NCBI RefSeq assembly: GCF_018350175.1
Contig: NC_058368.1
Coordinates: forward strand, 236,966,001 to 237,030,000
Direction: 5' to 3'
Source of the DNA: Felis catus
Lineage: Eukaryota
DNA: 64,000 nucleotides
Below, piece after piece: positions 61,844 to 64,000 of the stretch. The notes below the pieces were generated by a model. The model searched no databases. It was not told where the DNA came from and saw only the letters and a program-made list of their open reading frames with translations. The stretch's first letter is position 1. Each line of letters begins with the position of its first letter. The position numbers and the translations under genes are program-made.

Positions 61844-61990
61844 CGTATTTGTTTCCCTCCATTGCCGTATCAAGTGACCACGGGCTCAGCGGCCGAGGAC
61901 GGCAGTCTTACTCGCTTATAGTTCTGGAGCGCCAACGCCGGTGATGGGTCCCACTGGGCCACAGTCGAGATGTCAGCCGGGCCATTATTC
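61844..61990 (-). mobile_element. MLT1D-like LTR 3' fragment
   Basis: TATTTGTTTCC..ATTGCCGTATCAAGTGACCAC..ATAGTTCTGGAG..GTCCCACTGGGC..GATGTCAGCCGGGC. Confidence 0.65.
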
Positions 61991-64000
61991 CCAGCTGTAA
62001 AGGGCCATGACAGTCACAGAACCCAGACCTGTCCAGCCGAGTCCCGCCTTGGGGTGCTCCAGCGAGGAACAGCTGGACCTCTCAGAAACCAGCACGGTGG
62101 CACGGTCCCCGACGAGCGCATGCCTGGGAAGGGGCCGAAGGGACCCCCAAACACGCCGTCTCGCCAGAGAGCCAGAGGTGAGGCTCGGAGGACTCCGCCT
62201 CTGTCAGGCAGTAGGCCACGGGGACGGCGCTCAAAGGTTGGGTCCCTGAGGCCTCGAGGTTTGGTGGCTGCTTTGGAGACACACGGCTTCCCACACGGGA
62301 CGGGCAGCACCTGCGCTCGGGGCAGACGGAACGCGGCCTTCTCCGAGGGCTGGGAGCCCAGTAATTGCCAGCAAATGTGATTTCGTGGCAGATGGTACGA
62401 GCTACTTTAGGTAGATGAGATCTATCCTCTGTTCATGGGCTTCCAGTCCGGGAAAATTGCATTTCCCGGAGAGGCTTGAACGGTGGACTCCGGACCCGCA
62501 CTTCCATTAGCCAGAATATTCCAGGACGAGTGTCTGCGTTGGTTCTCTCGTGCGACATACGGTGCAGACAGTGATGGTTACAGCCCAGCCAAGTCCTCGT
62601 CGTTCATCAAGTAGACATAAAAGAAGGGCGCAAGCCACCGGTTAAAGGTACGTGTGAACATGCTGGAGGTGGACAGTGAGATGGAGCGAATGCTTTGCAA
62701 ACACGCTGGCATCTTTATTCCCAGGTCAATTTTTGGCAAGGTCACGTTTAATTAAACCCCACAAATTATTACCCATACAACGTTTTCGTACGTCACGTGG
62801 TAATATATGTTATCGTAAGTATATCTTATGTATTATATTTAATTATTATAATATACCAGCGCATTAAAATGAGGATAAATCAAGTGGTCGGATTATGAGG
62901 CACGCACACGTCTGTATGTTTTCTGCAGGTGTCCTGCTAAACAGCCCGGTGTTCCCGTGTAGACGTGACCCATAGAGAGATGCGTATATCCAGACGTCAT
63001 ACCCACGTACGGAGAGGCTGTGATGTGCAGATGGGGGAAAGTTCCTCGGATGGGCAGACACGAGGCGTTCCCTGTCTGGGGAGTGGGCGGCTGCTGGCAG
63101 AGCTGGGACCCGACCAAACACTGCGGCCCCAGGAGCAGCGGGGTCTCGCGGTAAGAGAGCTGAGCACTGTGTGCAGAGCAAGCGGGCTGACGGCTGAATT
63201 CCAGCTCGGCCCGCAGTGTGGCCGTGGCCTCCGGAAGCGGGGGCGGGTGGGGAGAAGGCTCCCTGATGGGGGAAGCACCAGGCAGAAATACGTAAAGGCT
63301 ACGAATCGCACCGATTTTCGGGACGGGAGCAGAGGAGCTGTCTTGTTCCTGAGAAGGCATTAGTGGTCTGGAAACGCCTGCTTTGCCGTCGGGCATCGAT
63401 GCGCCTCGTGTGGCTAGATCGGCAACACAGCCGCTTCTCCCTGGCTGTCCGTCACACAGAGGACACTGCCTCTTTATTCAGGTTGGTCTCTTCTTGCAAA
63501 TATATACGGCCCCAAGAAGGAGGTATCTGTCTTTCTGAACTTAAGACCACATTCTTTGCCGACTTTCACGAGGCCCATCTAAACGTCAGCCTTCCGTCTC
63601 TCAACCGGTACTTGTGGGCCCGATGCTGCCGTGAGCAGCTTATTCTTGGCAGAAGTGGAAGAAAGCGTGCCCGAACTTCCCGCAGACGGCCTCTTTCAGG
63701 TCATGGGCGCATCCGATGGGGCGCCTCGGTGACGTGGTCGCAGCCTCCCAAACACAGACGGCGGCAAAGCATCGGAAAATGCGCGCCGTTTTCCTTCCGT
63801 GCATCCACGTTTGAGCTACTTAAGGCTACCGAGACATGTCCTGGCAAAACCTTTGTAGTTTTCTCCTATAAACTAAGCATAAATTCCGTGGGAGATGACA
63901 GATGACTTCATATACCATGCAAGCAAGCTCAGACAATAGCTTTAGCCATGACTGATTGCCTCGCTGTAACCCACTTGATGTTAAATGCATTCTTGCTGTT

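Overview
This is mammalian non-coding genomic DNA from a felid, most likely domestic cat or a close relative. The evidence is about 19 tRNA-derived Can-SINEs of SINEC_Fc type and a feline L1 3' UTR. I found no credible protein-coding gene, RNA gene or CRISPR array; the supplied ORFs are explained by GC-rich, low-complexity or repeat sequence, apart from decayed L1 ORF2 peptides. The window holds SINEs, old and young L1 fragments, L2/MIR relics, MaLR (MLT1) solo LTRs, hAT MITEs (MER5A, MER81) and microsatellites. A transposon-poor block at about 28.9-33.3 kb looks like a developmental enhancer cluster next to a CpG island. Composition shifts from AT-rich (17-24 kb) to very GC/CpG-rich (31-64 kb). 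The most notable observations are: a ~340-bp, ~80%-identical direct duplication 19 kb apart that I cannot assign to a repeat family; a cluster of OTX/CRX/PITX-type sites; a SINE with extra 3' sequence inside its target-site duplication (TSD); two head-to-head SINE pairs, each apparently sharing one endonuclease site; and strong GC-shifting of old repeats. Repeat subfamily names are recalled from consensus sequences and need confirmation with RepeatMasker/Dfam. I see no evidence of a new multi-gene system.
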